Positions 26,004-36,611 of a stretch of DNA of 64,000 bases are shown here, one piece after another. The notes below the pieces were generated by a model. That model was not told where the DNA came from. It made no database searches and saw only the letters and a list, made by a program, of their open reading frames with translations. Each line of letters starts with the position of its first letter. The stretch's first letter is position 1. This DNA is from a virus. A program made the translations under genes and the position numbers. The stretch lies in UHGV virus genome UHGV-0021788, one strand, 5' to 3'.

Positions 26004-29000
26004 TATGATGCAGACTCAGAGTTGGGTTTAACCAACGATGGTGAGTTAAGATACGGTTCAGGTATCGACACTTTAACAGATAATTTCAATACTTCTGATT
26101 CTAAATTATGGACTAAATTACTAGAAGCTTTCCCAGATGAAGTACAAGCAAGATATATCTATATGAGAAGTAATGGATTTATGACTTATGAAAATATTAT
26201 AAAATATTATGAAAATATAGCAGATACAATTGGTCAAACATTCTATAATGAAGATGCAAGACTTAAATATATTAATGAAGATAATAAATCATTTATTTAT
26301 ATGTGTAATGGTTCAAGACTTGAACATACAAAAAGATGGTTAAGCGAACGTATTGTATATATGGATAGTAAATTTAACTATGGTGATTTCTTATTATCTT
26401 CTACTATACGTTCAAATGTTTCCGGTGAGGTATCATTAAAAGTAAAAACATATTCACCTCAATGGGTAGAAATATCTTTCTCAGATAGTGCTACAGGTAC
26501 AACAAGACAATGGTGTAGTAAAGATAAATGGTATACATTTATAAATACCATTGAAAATGCCGTCGACAACAATATCACCATTAGAGGTGTAACTAATATA
26601 ATGTATTTACAAGGATTAGAAAATTTAAATGTATCTTCTTTACTTGTATCAAATGCAAAAGGTTTATGTGAAATTGATATTCATGGTTCTAAACGTATTC
26701 AAAGATTGGAACTAGGTAACAATATCATGTTACAAAAACTTAATTGTAAAGATTGTATTAATTTAGGTATTGATGATAACTATAAAGTTGTTAACTTGGA
26801 AAAATGTATCAACTTAAAATATCTTGATTTATCTAATACTATGATAGGTACACTTCAATTAAATAAAGATGGTGGTGCATTAGAATATTTAGATTTATCT
26901 GAAACAGAATTAACTTATTTAACTTGTAACCATCAAGAATATTTACCTGAAATAAAATTAGATGGTTGTAAAAATCTATCATCTGTTACTATTAATGGTT
27001 GTAATGCATTAACAAGATTGAGTTTACCTAATACTAAATTAGCTGAATTTACTGTAACAGATTGTAATAGTTTAAATTACCTTGATATATCATATACTGG
27101 TTATTTAGTAAAATTAGATTTAACAGGTTGTAGTAGTTTAACTACTTTAATAATGTCAGGTATAGCAAATAATAAATTTACTGAATTAGATGCGAGAACA
27201 TTAACAAAATTAACAACATTAGATGTGTCTAAATGTTATTTCTTAAATAATATAAGATTTGCTAATGGATATAATGCTTTAACATCTGTAAACTTCCAAC
27301 AAAGTGGGATTAAGACTTTACAGTTTGGAAATAATGAAAAACCTCCTTATTTAGATTTATCTCCATTTAATTTAACAGAAGTTAATTTCTATAACTGTAC
27401 TGAAATAGAATATATTAAAAATATAAAATTATATGCTACAAAATCCATAGAACCTTTTTATAATTGTGTTAATTTACACACTATAGAAGGTACTATAAGT
27501 TTAACTGATGATTTAGGAAGAAGTTTTTATAATTGTAAAAAACTAGTTAATTTACCTACTTTAGATTTAAGTAGAGTTAAAACAGCTTCGGATTCCTTTA
27601 TGCATTGTGAGTCTTTAACTTATGACCAATTACTAGAAATTTTAGGTAAGATGAATAATTGTCAAAGTTTTTATAGAACTTTCCAAAACTGTTTAGCTAT
27701 GGAACATGACGGTTGGGAAAAAGCTTTATTCGATAAGATACCAAAAGCAACTTATTTTTATTGGACATTCTCAGATACTCCAATAAGCGGACAATTAGAG
27801 CAAGGAATCTTTGATAGTTTATTAGATTTACAAACTGTAGATGGATTATTTAGCGGTGGTAAGGCAAAAGGTTATATTCCAGCCAATCTATTCAAATATA
27901 ATACAAAATTACAAAATCTTTGGAATCTATTTAATGGATGTAAAGAATTAGAAACTGCTACTAATATAGTAAACATGTTTACCACTACAGTAGATTTAAG
28001 AGGTATAGAGGGATTATTTAGTGGTTGTACTAATGCTTTTATGAAACTAAGTGATACATGGTTTGCAAATTGTCCAGAGCTACAAAATATGGATTATGCT
28101 TTTGCAAATTGTACAAACTTAATTGGTTCTATAGCTGAAAATCCTCATATGATAAAAAATAAATCTAAATTAACAACAGCAGAACATACCTTCCTTAATT
28201 GTACAGGCATAAGTGGTGATTTACCTGATGATTATTTTGTTGGGTGTACTGCTTTACAAGAAATACAAGGACATTTTCAAGGATGTACTGGTCTAACAGG
28301 AACTCCTAAAACTGAATCATGGATAGATTGTGAAAATATAACTAATGCTTCATATTTATATGCAGGATGTACTGGTTTAGGTGGTATAGCAGGTGCTACT
28401 CAAGAAATACCTAAAGATTTCTATAAAAGAAAATATAGACTTATAGATATATCTGGTATGTGGCAAGGTTGTAATCAACTACAATTTTCTCTAATGCCAT
28501 TAAAAGAAGATAAGTTAGGTGAGGATGGAGCTGTTATAGAAAAAGGGGACGACCCTTGGTTTGTTGATTGTAGACAGTTAGCGAAAATAAATTATCTATT
28601 TGATGGTTGTAGTAATTTATCATCTGTAATACCTTCTAGGTTATTTGAAGTTTGGGATGAAAAAGGCGAAGTAATGGATACACTTATAACAGAAGCTAAA
28701 GCGGTATTTAAAAATTGTCAATTACTTACAGATGAAATACCAGAAAATCTATTTGAAAAATTTATTAAAGTTAGAGATTTAACTGAATTTTTCTATCAAT
28801 GTAGAAGTTTAACTGGTGGTATTCCTGATACATTATTTTCTAATTGTTATTCTTTAGTTTATGCTAATAGAATGTTTATGCGTTGTGGTAAATTAGGAAA
28901 ATATGCAGACCAAGTAACAGAAGAAGAGCCATATTTCTGTAATGAAGAACTATTTTGGAACTGTCCTAACCTATTGGAAATATCTCAATTATTCCATATG

Positions 29001-29396
29001 TATGATGGATGGGGAACTTCTCTAAGAGGAGACATACCTCCATTGTTATTTAGAGCTAATCCTAAATTACAAAATATAAATAATGCCTTTGCTGGTTGTA
29101 GTCTTTTAACTGGTGGGTTGGATGGGCAACTATTTGTTAGAAATGCTAAATTAAAAACTGCTAGAGAAACTTTCCACGGTTGCTCAGGTTTAAATGGAGA
29201 AATGAGTGGAGCGTTATTTACCTCTACTAATAATCCACTTTTAACAGATTTCTATCAAACCTTTCAAAATTGTAAAAATATACAAGGTACTGCACCTTCA
29301 TTATGGACACAATTCTCTAATGCAAATGGTGGAGGATGTTTTAATGGATGTACTAAATTAAGTAATTATGCAGATATACCTTCACAATGGAAATAA
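25986..29396 (+). CDS. Exon 4 of the CotH/LRR gene (true exon start ~26004): BspA-type leucine-rich repeats (LRR_5) and Cys-containing repeats. The GTG 'start' of the ORF track is intron sequence.
   Basis: 'gtgaaagtaacag' before nt 26004 is present in all three intron 3' ends. 'LDLSNTMIGTLQLN', repeated 'F.NC..L' BspA-type LRRs. Terminator after the stop. Confidence 0.55.
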   Translation: MKVTEWYDADSELGLTNDGELRYGSGIDTLTDNFNTSDSKLWTKLLEAFPDEVQARYIYMRSNGFMTYENIIKYYENIADTIGQTFYNEDARLKYINEDNKSFIYMCNGSRLEHTKRWLSERIVYMDSKFNYGDFLLSSTIRSNVSGEVSLKVKTYSPQWVEISFSDSATGTTRQWCSKDKWYTFINTIENAVDNNITIRGVTNIMYLQGLENLNVSSLLVSNAKGLCEIDIHGSKRIQRLELGNNIMLQKLNCKDCINLGIDDNYKVVNLEKCINLKYLDLSNTMIGTLQLNKDGGALEYLDLSETELTYLTCNHQEYLPEIKLDGCKNLSSVTINGCNALTRLSLPNTKLAEFTVTDCNSLNYLDISYTGYLVKLDLTGCSSLTTLIMSGIANNKFTELDARTLTKLTTLDVSKCYFLNNIRFANGYNALTSVNFQQSGIKTLQFGNNEKPPYLDLSPFNLTEVNFYNCTEIEYIKNIKLYATKSIEPFYNCVNLHTIEGTISLTDDLGRSFYNCKKLVNLPTLDLSRVKTASDSFMHCESLTYDQLLEILGKMNNCQSFYRTFQNCLAMEHDGWEKALFDKIPKATYFYWTFSDTPISGQLEQGIFDSLLDLQTVDGLFSGGKAKGYIPANLFKYNTKLQNLWNLFNGCKELETATNIVNMFTTTVDLRGIEGLFSGCTNAFMKLSDTWFANCPELQNMDYAFANCTNLIGSIAENPHMIKNKSKLTTAEHTFLNCTGISGDLPDDYFVGCTALQEIQGHFQGCTGLTGTPKTESWIDCENITNASYLYAGCTGLGGIAGATQEIPKDFYKRKYRLIDISGMWQGCNQLQFSLMPLKEDKLGEDGAVIEKGDDPWFVDCRQLAKINYLFDGCSNLSSVIPSRLFEVWDEKGEVMDTLITEAKAVFKNCQLLTDEIPENLFEKFIKVRDLTEFFYQCRSLTGGIPDTLFSNCYSLVYANRMFMRCGKLGKYADQVTEEEPYFCNEELFWNCPNLLEISQLFHMYDGWGTSLRGDIPPLLFRANPKLQNINNAFAGCSLLTGGLDGQLFVRNAKLKTARETFHGCSGLNGEMSGALFTSTNNPLLTDFYQTFQNCKNIQGTAPSLWTQFSNANGGGCFNGCTKLSNYADIPSQWK

Positions 29397-29408
29397 AAGT
29401 CTTATTAT

Positions 29409-29447
29409 ACTCATGTAAAGAGTTATTTCTTTACATGAGTTTTTTTA
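29409..29447 (+). terminator. Rho-independent terminator after the CotH/LRR gene.
   Basis: Hairpin CTCATGTAAAGAG-ttatttc-CTTTACATGAG followed by TTTTTTT. Confidence 0.7.
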
Positions 29448-29470
29448 TTTAAAATTAAGGAGATGATAAA

Positions 29471-29857
29471 ATGAGAGTAAATTTAACAATAGATAATAAA
29501 GATAAAATTATTGAATTTCATTATAAGAAGGTGAAAGGAAATATTACAATTAAATTCATTGACGATGATACTGGTGAAGTTATAAAAACAAAAATATTAT
29601 CTGATTTAGAACTTGGTACACATAATATAAAACCTACAGAAATAGAAGGATACAAATTCGTAGGGGAAGAGATTGTTGAAGAAATAGAAGAAGATGAAGA
29701 AGATTATGATGAAGAATACGATGAAGATGAAATAGATGATGAAGAATATGACGAAGAGATAGAAGAAGATGATGATGAAATAGAAGAATTAGAAGACGAC
29801 GAATTAGATTCTATTAAAAAATTTGTAGATGGATTAAGTGGAAAGGATGGGAAATAA
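29471..29857 (+). CDS. MucBP-like beta domain fused to an extremely acidic (E/D ~60%) tail.
   Basis: RBS AAGGAGATGATAAAATG. 'GNITIKFIDDDTGEVIKTKILSDLELGTHNIKPTEIEGYKFVGEE' then 'EEIEEDEEDYDEEYDEDEIDDEEYDEEIEEDDDEIEELEDDELD'. Confidence 0.45.
   Translation: MRVNLTIDNKDKIIEFHYKKVKGNITIKFIDDDTGEVIKTKILSDLELGTHNIKPTEIEGYKFVGEEIVEEIEEDEEDYDEEYDEDEIDDEEYDEEIEEDDDEIEELEDDELDSIKKFVDGLSGKDGK
29690..29800 (+). repeat. GAA/GAT-rich low-complexity coding repeat (acidic tail).
   Basis: Runs of gaagaagat / gatgaagaa codons. Confidence 0.6.
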
Positions 29858-30241
29858 ATGGATAATAAAGAATTATTAGAACAATTAAAAAAGTGCCTTA
29901 GTATATGTGATAGTTTAAAAGCTGAGAAAGAAGAATTAATACAACAATTAGAAGAAGAAAAACAAACAAATGAACAATTATCTAAAACTTTAGTTGAAGC
30001 AAATAATGCAGTTGTTGAAACAATAGATGTCTTAGGTAAAACGAATAATTCTATTATGGAATTTAAAGAAGGCGTTTTAAATTATCAAGCTTATGTAACA
30101 GTTTCATTAGATAATATGTATAAAAAGGTTAATAGTATCATAGAAAATGAAGAAGTAAGAAAAGAAGATTTAAGTAAATTTAAAGACGAAGTAGAAAATG
30201 TAATAAAAGAATTAGAAGAATTAAATAAAGAATTAAGCTGA
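29858..30241 (+). CDS. Coiled-coil protein.
   Basis: ATG overlaps the upstream stop (TAAATGG). Heptad-rich, K/E-rich sequence. Confidence 0.4.
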   Translation: MDNKELLEQLKKCLSICDSLKAEKEELIQQLEEEKQTNEQLSKTLVEANNAVVETIDVLGKTNNSIMEFKEGVLNYQAYVTVSLDNMYKKVNSIIENEEVRKEDLSKFKDEVENVIKELEELNKELS

Positions 30242-30242
30242 G

Positions 30243-31163
30243 GTGAATTCAATGGATAAAAAAGAAAAAGAAGATGATAAAAAAGTAGATGTGCTTAGCA
30301 GTTCTTTATCAACAACAGTTAAGAAAAATTATGCAATGGAACAAAGTAAAATTAAATTATTTTGGAATAAAGGAATTACTGGAGAAGGAATAAAGGTTGG
30401 AATAGTTGATACAGGTTTACAATTAGACCATCCTATGTATAATGGAAAAATATTATGTGGTAAAAATTTCTCTAATGATGGTAATTCTGAAGATAATTTA
30501 TCTAGTAATCATTATCATGGAACTGCCGTAACATCTTTAGTATGTGGCGATTATATGAATTATCAAGCTTATGGTATAGCACCTGATTGTAAAATTGTAA
30601 TAGGTAAAGCTATGAATGACAAAGGTGTAGGTAATGCTACTAATATAGCTAATGCAATAACATATTGTGTACAACAAGGAGTAGATATAATAAATTGTTC
30701 TTTAGGATGCGTAGATGATACACAAGTATTGAGAAATGCCGTAAATTTAGCAGTTTCAAATGGCATATCAATAGTTTGTGCTAGTGGTAACGATGGACAT
30801 AATGATACAGATGGGAGTATTAGAGAAGTAAGATACCCAGGTGCTTATGGTGAGAGTATTTGTGTAGGTGCAATAGATATAAATTTTAAGGTAACTGATT
30901 TTAGTAATTCAAATGAATTTGTTGATGTTGTAGCACCAGGGCAAGATATATTATGTGCTTATCCTGGTGATAAGTATGCTATAATAAGTGGAACTTCATT
31001 TGCTACACCTATAATAAGTGGAATATTAGCATTACTTAAACAAAAGTTTAGAATAGACTTTAAAAGAGACCCAGTTGAATCAGAATTATATGGTATGTTA
31101 TTAAAATATACCAGAGAGATTAAAGGAGTTCCAAGAAGTATGCAAGGGAATGGTTATCCCTGA
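30243..31163 (+). CDS. Subtilisin-like serine protease (peptidase S8).
   Basis: Catalytic triad motifs 'VGIVDTGL' (D), 'HGTAVTSL' (H), 'GTSFATPIISG' (S). Confidence 0.75.
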   Translation: MNSMDKKEKEDDKKVDVLSSSLSTTVKKNYAMEQSKIKLFWNKGITGEGIKVGIVDTGLQLDHPMYNGKILCGKNFSNDGNSEDNLSSNHYHGTAVTSLVCGDYMNYQAYGIAPDCKIVIGKAMNDKGVGNATNIANAITYCVQQGVDIINCSLGCVDDTQVLRNAVNLAVSNGISIVCASGNDGHNDTDGSIREVRYPGAYGESICVGAIDINFKVTDFSNSNEFVDVVAPGQDILCAYPGDKYAIISGTSFATPIISGILALLKQKFRIDFKRDPVESELYGMLLKYTREIKGVPRSMQGNGYP

Positions 31164-31215
31164 CCTTAGTATACGCAGGGAAAAAATTATAAAATAAACA
31201 GAAAGGAGAAATAAA

Positions 31216-32817
31216 ATGTTTGATAAAGATAATAAATTTGGATTTATTAATAATAATGAATCTAATAATAATGTAGAAGGGTTGAATAAAGTTAAAACTG
31301 ATATTACTAATATTAAAAGTGATGTAGATGAACTTAATACGCAATATAAAGATATTGCGACTAACAAAGCAGATAAAACTACTACTGCAAATATACAACA
31401 ACAAGTAAATAATCTTGTATTAGGAGCAGTGGGGGACGGAAATAATGCTGAAGTAGTTCAAGCTAGAGGTTCTTATACTACTTTAAACGCAAGATTAGAC
31501 AGTTCTGATAAAGGCAAACTTAATAAAATAGATTTTGTTGTAGATAAATACAATGATAATTATACAGCAATAGATGAATCCACTTTAAAATTTAATGTTG
31601 GTTATAATTTTAGCACTGACGGAGAAATGAGCAAATTAACAAATCAGGATTGGTGGTGTGTGTCTGATTATATACAACTTCCAAATAAAGGATATTTAGA
31701 AGTGAAAGGATATAGTGACCGTACTACACCAACTGCAATTGTTGTATATAATTCTAGTAAAGAAATAGTTGAAAAAATAAAGACTAAAAACCCCGACGAT
31801 GTCGGTAGTACTTTCCCGTGGGAAAAAGTAATTATATCAAAAGAGATTAATCCTGAATATTCATATGTACGAGTTTTAGGAAATTATTATAATGGGAGTT
31901 ACCGTAGACCAGCTTATGCAAATGAATACACTTGTCAAAATATACAAACAAATAGATATAAACCATATAGTGCAGGTACTATATTCTTTACTGTTAATGT
32001 TAATCAAGATTTTGCAGATACAACAAGTATAACTACAGCTACAAATGACAGCGAAACTATGAAACCAGTATACTGTGCTTTAAAATTGCCAACAAATTAT
32101 TCTAATGAGGGTACTCCTACAAAAATAGCTGTTGTAATGCATGGAGCTGGGGGGAAAGTTACAGATAATAATGCTGGTGAAATGATGCACTTTACGGAAC
32201 TTGTAAATAATGGGTATGCAATATTTGATGTGAATGGAAGTAACAATGAATATACAGACGGAACTAGTGACCATATGGGAAGTTCAAGGACTATAAGTGC
32301 TTATCTTAAAGCATTTGAGTGGATTAAAAATAATTATAATGTAGAAGATAAGCTATATGTTCATGGACATAGTATGGGAGGTTTGACAGCTTTGAATTTT
32401 GCTGCAAAAAACCCATATCTATGCAAAGTATTAGGTCTATATCACCCAGTTGTGGATATGTATAATCAAGCATGGTTGCATCCTTGGTTTAGTTCGACTA
32501 AACAAGCAATAGCTTCAGAATATAATTTCGATGACAAGACTGGTAACACTTATGAAAAAGATAAAGTAATAGGATACAACCCTATCGAAAATAACAGTAT
32601 TTTAATAGATGGTACTAGATATAATTACCTTCCATGTCCAATTAAAATATGGCATGGAAATGCAGATACTACTGTATCATTGAGTGGTAGCCAAGAGTAT
32701 ATAAAAGCACTAAAAAACAATGGTTGTGAAGCACATCTAAGAGTTGTAGACAAAGTAACACATAGTTACGTTGATAGTATGCACAAAGAATTGGTAATGT
32801 GGTTTAATAGACATTAG
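31216..32817 (+). CDS. Tail-associated alpha/beta-hydrolase (esterase/lipase fold) with a fibre-like N-terminus.
   Basis: N-terminus 'NAEVVQARGSYTTLNARLD' (phage structural-protein motif). Nucleophile elbow 'VHGHSMGGLTALNFAAKNP'. Confidence 0.55.
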   Translation: MFDKDNKFGFINNNESNNNVEGLNKVKTDITNIKSDVDELNTQYKDIATNKADKTTTANIQQQVNNLVLGAVGDGNNAEVVQARGSYTTLNARLDSSDKGKLNKIDFVVDKYNDNYTAIDESTLKFNVGYNFSTDGEMSKLTNQDWWCVSDYIQLPNKGYLEVKGYSDRTTPTAIVVYNSSKEIVEKIKTKNPDDVGSTFPWEKVIISKEINPEYSYVRVLGNYYNGSYRRPAYANEYTCQNIQTNRYKPYSAGTIFFTVNVNQDFADTTSITTATNDSETMKPVYCALKLPTNYSNEGTPTKIAVVMHGAGGKVTDNNAGEMMHFTELVNNGYAIFDVNGSNNEYTDGTSDHMGSSRTISAYLKAFEWIKNNYNVEDKLYVHGHSMGGLTALNFAAKNPYLCKVLGLYHPVVDMYNQAWLHPWFSSTKQAIASEYNFDDKTGNTYEKDKVIGYNPIENNSILIDGTRYNYLPCPIKIWHGNADTTVSLSGSQEYIKALKNNGCEAHLRVVDKVTHSYVDSMHKELVMWFNRH

Positions 32818-32887
32818 ATACTTAACGAACTACACAATTTGAATCAATTGCGTAATAAAAAATTATAAAATATAAGGTGGTGATAAA

Positions 32888-34804
32888 ATGCGAATCAAAA
32901 AAATTTATTTCAATAGACTTTATAATCAATGGAAAGGTGAACCTTTATATGTAGAAGATGGTTTAAGAGATGATTGCTTATATGTTAGAATAATGGATGT
33001 TAAATATGAAGATGGTTCAACAAATGCAGTAACCGCTGATTTTAAAGATTTAAATGGTTATTCGTATTCTGTTTTAGGAGAAACAAACTATAAGAAAAGA
33101 TTAGCCATATTTAAAATACCTTTATCAATATTAAGTAATAATGGTATTTATGAAGTAGATTTTTCAATATCTTATAATTCTAAAGATACAGATAAAAATT
33201 ATAAAAAAACTGCTATTCAAACTTTTGAAATTGTAGATGCTATCGAATCAGATGATGAAGCTATCCAAAATGACCCTAAGTATCCTATATTAACTGATTT
33301 AATTAATCAATTAGCAGATTATAAAATAGATATGACTGAATATCCTAAAAAAGAAGAAGTTAACGAAATAATAGATTTAAAATTTGATGATTTTCCAATT
33401 GATAAAATAATAGAAAAAATTCGAAAAGATGGATATATAACACAAGATAAAGTAAACGACATATTAAGAGATTATGTAAAGAAATTTGATTTAGGTGACT
33501 ATGCTAAAAGAACTGATTTAAATAAATATGTTACTTACATAAATTTTAATAATACATTGGATAGATATATCTTAAAGAAAACAGTTGAAGATAATTATGT
33601 TTTAAAAGAAAATGGAAAACAATTATCTACTCATGATTTTACAGATGAATTATATAATAAATTAGTAGGTATTGATATAAATAATATTGAAGTTGATTTA
33701 CATGAATATCAAAAAATAGTAGACAATAATTTGAATACAAATAATAAAGAAATAACTAAAGCTATAAATGAAGTAAATAAGAAGATACCAACTAAAACTA
33801 GTCAATTAGAAAATGATAGTTATTATGTTGTTAGAAATGAATTACATAATCATAATAATATAGATGTATTAAATAATATTACATCTTCTGATATAAACAA
33901 TTGGAATAATAAATCTGATTTTAGTGGTCAATATAATGACCTTGAAGGATTACCAAAAATACCTTCAAAAGTATCTGAATTAACTAATGATAGCAATTAT
34001 GTTAATGATAATTATGTAACTAGAAAAATAGCTGAAGCTAGTTTAAATAAAGATATTGATTTAAGTGCTTATGCTACTAAGAATTTTGTAATTGATACTT
34101 TAGCATCAGATGTTAAAAACTTGACATTAGTTAATTCAAGTGCTAAAGTTAGTCAAAATATTATAGATTATTTAAATGAAATTGTTAAATGTTTTTTAAC
34201 CAATAATACAATTAAAAATAATAAGATAAAATACTATTATATATTAAGAGGTAAGATAAATCCATTAGACGATGAATTTCAATTAAGTGTTAATGATGAA
34301 TTTTATACTAATGTTTCTTATATTTCTATGTTAAATATAGAATGTAAAGTATTAACAACATTTCTATTTGCTAATGAAGGAATGATGAGATTAGAAACAC
34401 CAGTTGAAACAGTTGTTAGTGGTGATGGAACTTATATAAATTTATCTGTCACTGAATTAGGTAGTGTTTATCTTAACAATAGCAATAACAATGTTAATGA
34501 TGTTAGTGTAGATGATATTATACAAACAATTATAAGTGATGATAAGAATAACTTATCTGAATTTAAAACATATTCAAATTCTATGATTGAAAATAGATTA
34601 TTAGAGGTTAATGCTGATATAACTGAAGTTTCAGATAATCTAAGTGGAGTTGGAAATAGAGTAAACTACTTGGAACAAAGAGAAACTTATTTAACTGAAT
34701 CTTTAAATAATATTAAAAATTTACCTCAATTATCTTTTAATGAAAATGGAGAATTAGTTGTAATTATTAATGGAGTTAGTAAAACATTTGTACCTAAAGG
34801 ATAG
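32888..34804 (+). CDS. Large structural protein of unknown function with repeated 'NDS(Y/N)YV' segments.
   Basis: RBS AAGGTGGTGATAAAATG. No recognisable catalytic motif. Confidence 0.35.
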   Translation: MRIKKIYFNRLYNQWKGEPLYVEDGLRDDCLYVRIMDVKYEDGSTNAVTADFKDLNGYSYSVLGETNYKKRLAIFKIPLSILSNNGIYEVDFSISYNSKDTDKNYKKTAIQTFEIVDAIESDDEAIQNDPKYPILTDLINQLADYKIDMTEYPKKEEVNEIIDLKFDDFPIDKIIEKIRKDGYITQDKVNDILRDYVKKFDLGDYAKRTDLNKYVTYINFNNTLDRYILKKTVEDNYVLKENGKQLSTHDFTDELYNKLVGIDINNIEVDLHEYQKIVDNNLNTNNKEITKAINEVNKKIPTKTSQLENDSYYVVRNELHNHNNIDVLNNITSSDINNWNNKSDFSGQYNDLEGLPKIPSKVSELTNDSNYVNDNYVTRKIAEASLNKDIDLSAYATKNFVIDTLASDVKNLTLVNSSAKVSQNIIDYLNEIVKCFLTNNTIKNNKIKYYYILRGKINPLDDEFQLSVNDEFYTNVSYISMLNIECKVLTTFLFANEGMMRLETPVETVVSGDGTYINLSVTELGSVYLNNSNNNVNDVSVDDIIQTIISDDKNNLSEFKTYSNSMIENRLLEVNADITEVSDNLSGVGNRVNYLEQRETYLTESLNNIKNLPQLSFNENGELVVIINGVSKTFVPKG

Positions 34805-34906
34805 TCTAAAAGTCTTATTAAATAAGTGAAGAAATATAATATAAAATAAAAATAATTAGCATATAATAAATCTTTGAACATATTATATATCAAGGGGTGA
34901 TGATAT

Positions 34907-36259
34907 ATGAAGTTTAAAGATTTAAATAAAATAAAAAATGGTATTGTGAAAATTGGAACTACAATAATATTGATATTTTCAATAAGTTTAAATTCTATTT
35001 TTATAAGTTTTGGAAATATTAATTATTCTAATGATACACAAATATTGAATGAGGTGAATGAAGAAGTGAAAACTCAAAATGGTTTTACATTGTTAGAAAA
35101 TGCCAAAGAAGTAAAAGATTGGTTAGCAAAACAAAAAGTAACTAGAAAAATTACTAAATTACAAGTACATCATATGGATTTACCAAGTTATAGCACATGG
35201 GAAAAAACTGATAAGAAGTTATTTGATGAACCACATTTTGGGAGAACACAATCTTTAAACAGTTACGGAAAATCTACATGGGGTAGTGGAGCTAGCGACG
35301 GACATGGTCATTATATTGCACAACACTTCAATGTTTTTCCTGATGGTAAGATAACAACTGGTAGAAACCTTAATAGTACTCCAATAGGAATTAGAGGATG
35401 GAATACAAATGCTATCTGCATAGAAATATATGGTTGCTTTGATAAAGGAAAAGATACAATGACTAAAGAACAAAAGAAAGCAGTTGTTTATCTTTATGGT
35501 GAATTATGTAAGAGATTTGATATTCCAGTTAATACCACTCACATAAGACCGCATTGTTGGTTTACAGCAGGAGGAACTTATCTAGGTAAGTATAATCCTT
35601 CAAGAAGTGCTAAAACTTGCCCAGGTACTGCATTTTGGGGATATGGATGTAGTGCTGATGGTTTCGCTCACTTTATAAAGGATGTAAAGAATTATGTGGA
35701 TGGTAAAAAAGAAGAACCTAAAGTAGTAGATAGAAGTGGAGAAAAAGATGTACCTAATTACACAGTTCAAGTAATAACTGATACATTAAATGTTAGATAT
35801 GGTGCTAGTACATCATATGATAAAATATCAACACTTAAAAAAGGTGACAAGGTTGTAATTACCCATGAAAAAGATGAATGGGGATTAATACAAGGTGCTA
35901 AAGGTTGGATATCTTTAAATGATAAATATGTGAAAAAAGTTGAAATTAAAAAAGAAGATGAAGTAAAAAAAGATACAGATACAAAAAAAAATGAATCACA
36001 AGAAAGTGAAACAACTTTTTATAGAGTTGTAACAGGTTCTTATTCAGATAGAGATAATGCTATAGTAGAACAAGATAAATTAAAGAAATTAGGATATGAT
36101 GCATTTTTAATTACTGCTAAAGTTAATAAAAAAATAATATTTAGAGTAGTAGCTGAATCTTTTAAAGATAAAAAAGATGCTGAAAATTTAATAGCACAAT
36201 TGAAGAAAAAAGGTTACGACCCTTTTATAGTTATATATGTAAAAAATAATACAAATTAA
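34907..36259 (+). CDS. Endolysin: N-terminal TM/signal-anchor, amidase_2 (PGRP-type N-acetylmuramoyl-L-alanine amidase), SH3b and two SPOR-like domains.
   Basis: 'IVKIGTTIILIFSISLNSIFISF' hydrophobic N-terminus. Amidase_2 'VHHMDLPS...GHGHYIAQHF...TCPGTAF'. SPOR repeats 'FYRVVTGSYSDRDNA...LGYDAFLI' and 'IFRVVAESFKDKKDA...GYDPFIV'. Confidence 0.7.
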   Translation: MKFKDLNKIKNGIVKIGTTIILIFSISLNSIFISFGNINYSNDTQILNEVNEEVKTQNGFTLLENAKEVKDWLAKQKVTRKITKLQVHHMDLPSYSTWEKTDKKLFDEPHFGRTQSLNSYGKSTWGSGASDGHGHYIAQHFNVFPDGKITTGRNLNSTPIGIRGWNTNAICIEIYGCFDKGKDTMTKEQKKAVVYLYGELCKRFDIPVNTTHIRPHCWFTAGGTYLGKYNPSRSAKTCPGTAFWGYGCSADGFAHFIKDVKNYVDGKKEEPKVVDRSGEKDVPNYTVQVITDTLNVRYGASTSYDKISTLKKGDKVVITHEKDEWGLIQGAKGWISLNDKYVKKVEIKKEDEVKKDTDTKKNESQESETTFYRVVTGSYSDRDNAIVEQDKLKKLGYDAFLITAKVNKKIIFRVVAESFKDKKDAENLIAQLKKKGYDPFIVIYVKNNTN

Positions 36260-36273
36260 GGAGAAGATAAGAT

Positions 36274-36552
36274 ATGATAGATTTAAATATTTTAACAAAT
36301 TATGTAGTTTTACTAGTGGTAGGAATTTGCGTTTGTATAGGATATATACTTAAAAATAGCTGTCCTAAATTAGATAATAAATATATACCACTTATAATGG
36401 GATTATTAGGATTAGTGCTTAATATTTGGTTAAGTAATTGGCAAATTAGTGGTGAAATAGTATTAGGTGGATTATTTAGTGGATTAGCCAGTACCGGATT
36501 ACACCAAGCATTCAAAAATCTAATAAATGGAAACAAAAAAGAAGATGAATAA
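36274..36552 (+). CDS. Holin (two TM segments, charged C-terminus).
   Basis: RBS AAGGAGAAGATAAGATATG. 'VVLLVVGICVCIGYIL' and 'IPLIMGLLGLVLNIWL'. 'SGLASTGLHQ' holin-family motif. '..NGNKKEDE' tail. Confidence 0.7.
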   Translation: MIDLNILTNYVVLLVVGICVCIGYILKNSCPKLDNKYIPLIMGLLGLVLNIWLSNWQISGEIVLGGLFSGLASTGLHQAFKNLINGNKKEDE

Positions 36553-36555
36553 TAC

Positions 36556-36597
36556 TAAAGGCTAGAGAAAATAATCTCTAGCCTTTAGTTTTTTATA
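36556..36597 (+). terminator. Bidirectional rho-independent terminator between the convergent late (+) and early (-) modules.
   Basis: AAAGGCTAGAG-aaaataat-CTCTAGCCTTT followed by TTTTTT. Confidence 0.7.
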
Positions 36598-36611
36598 ATA
36601 TTTTTAATTTT

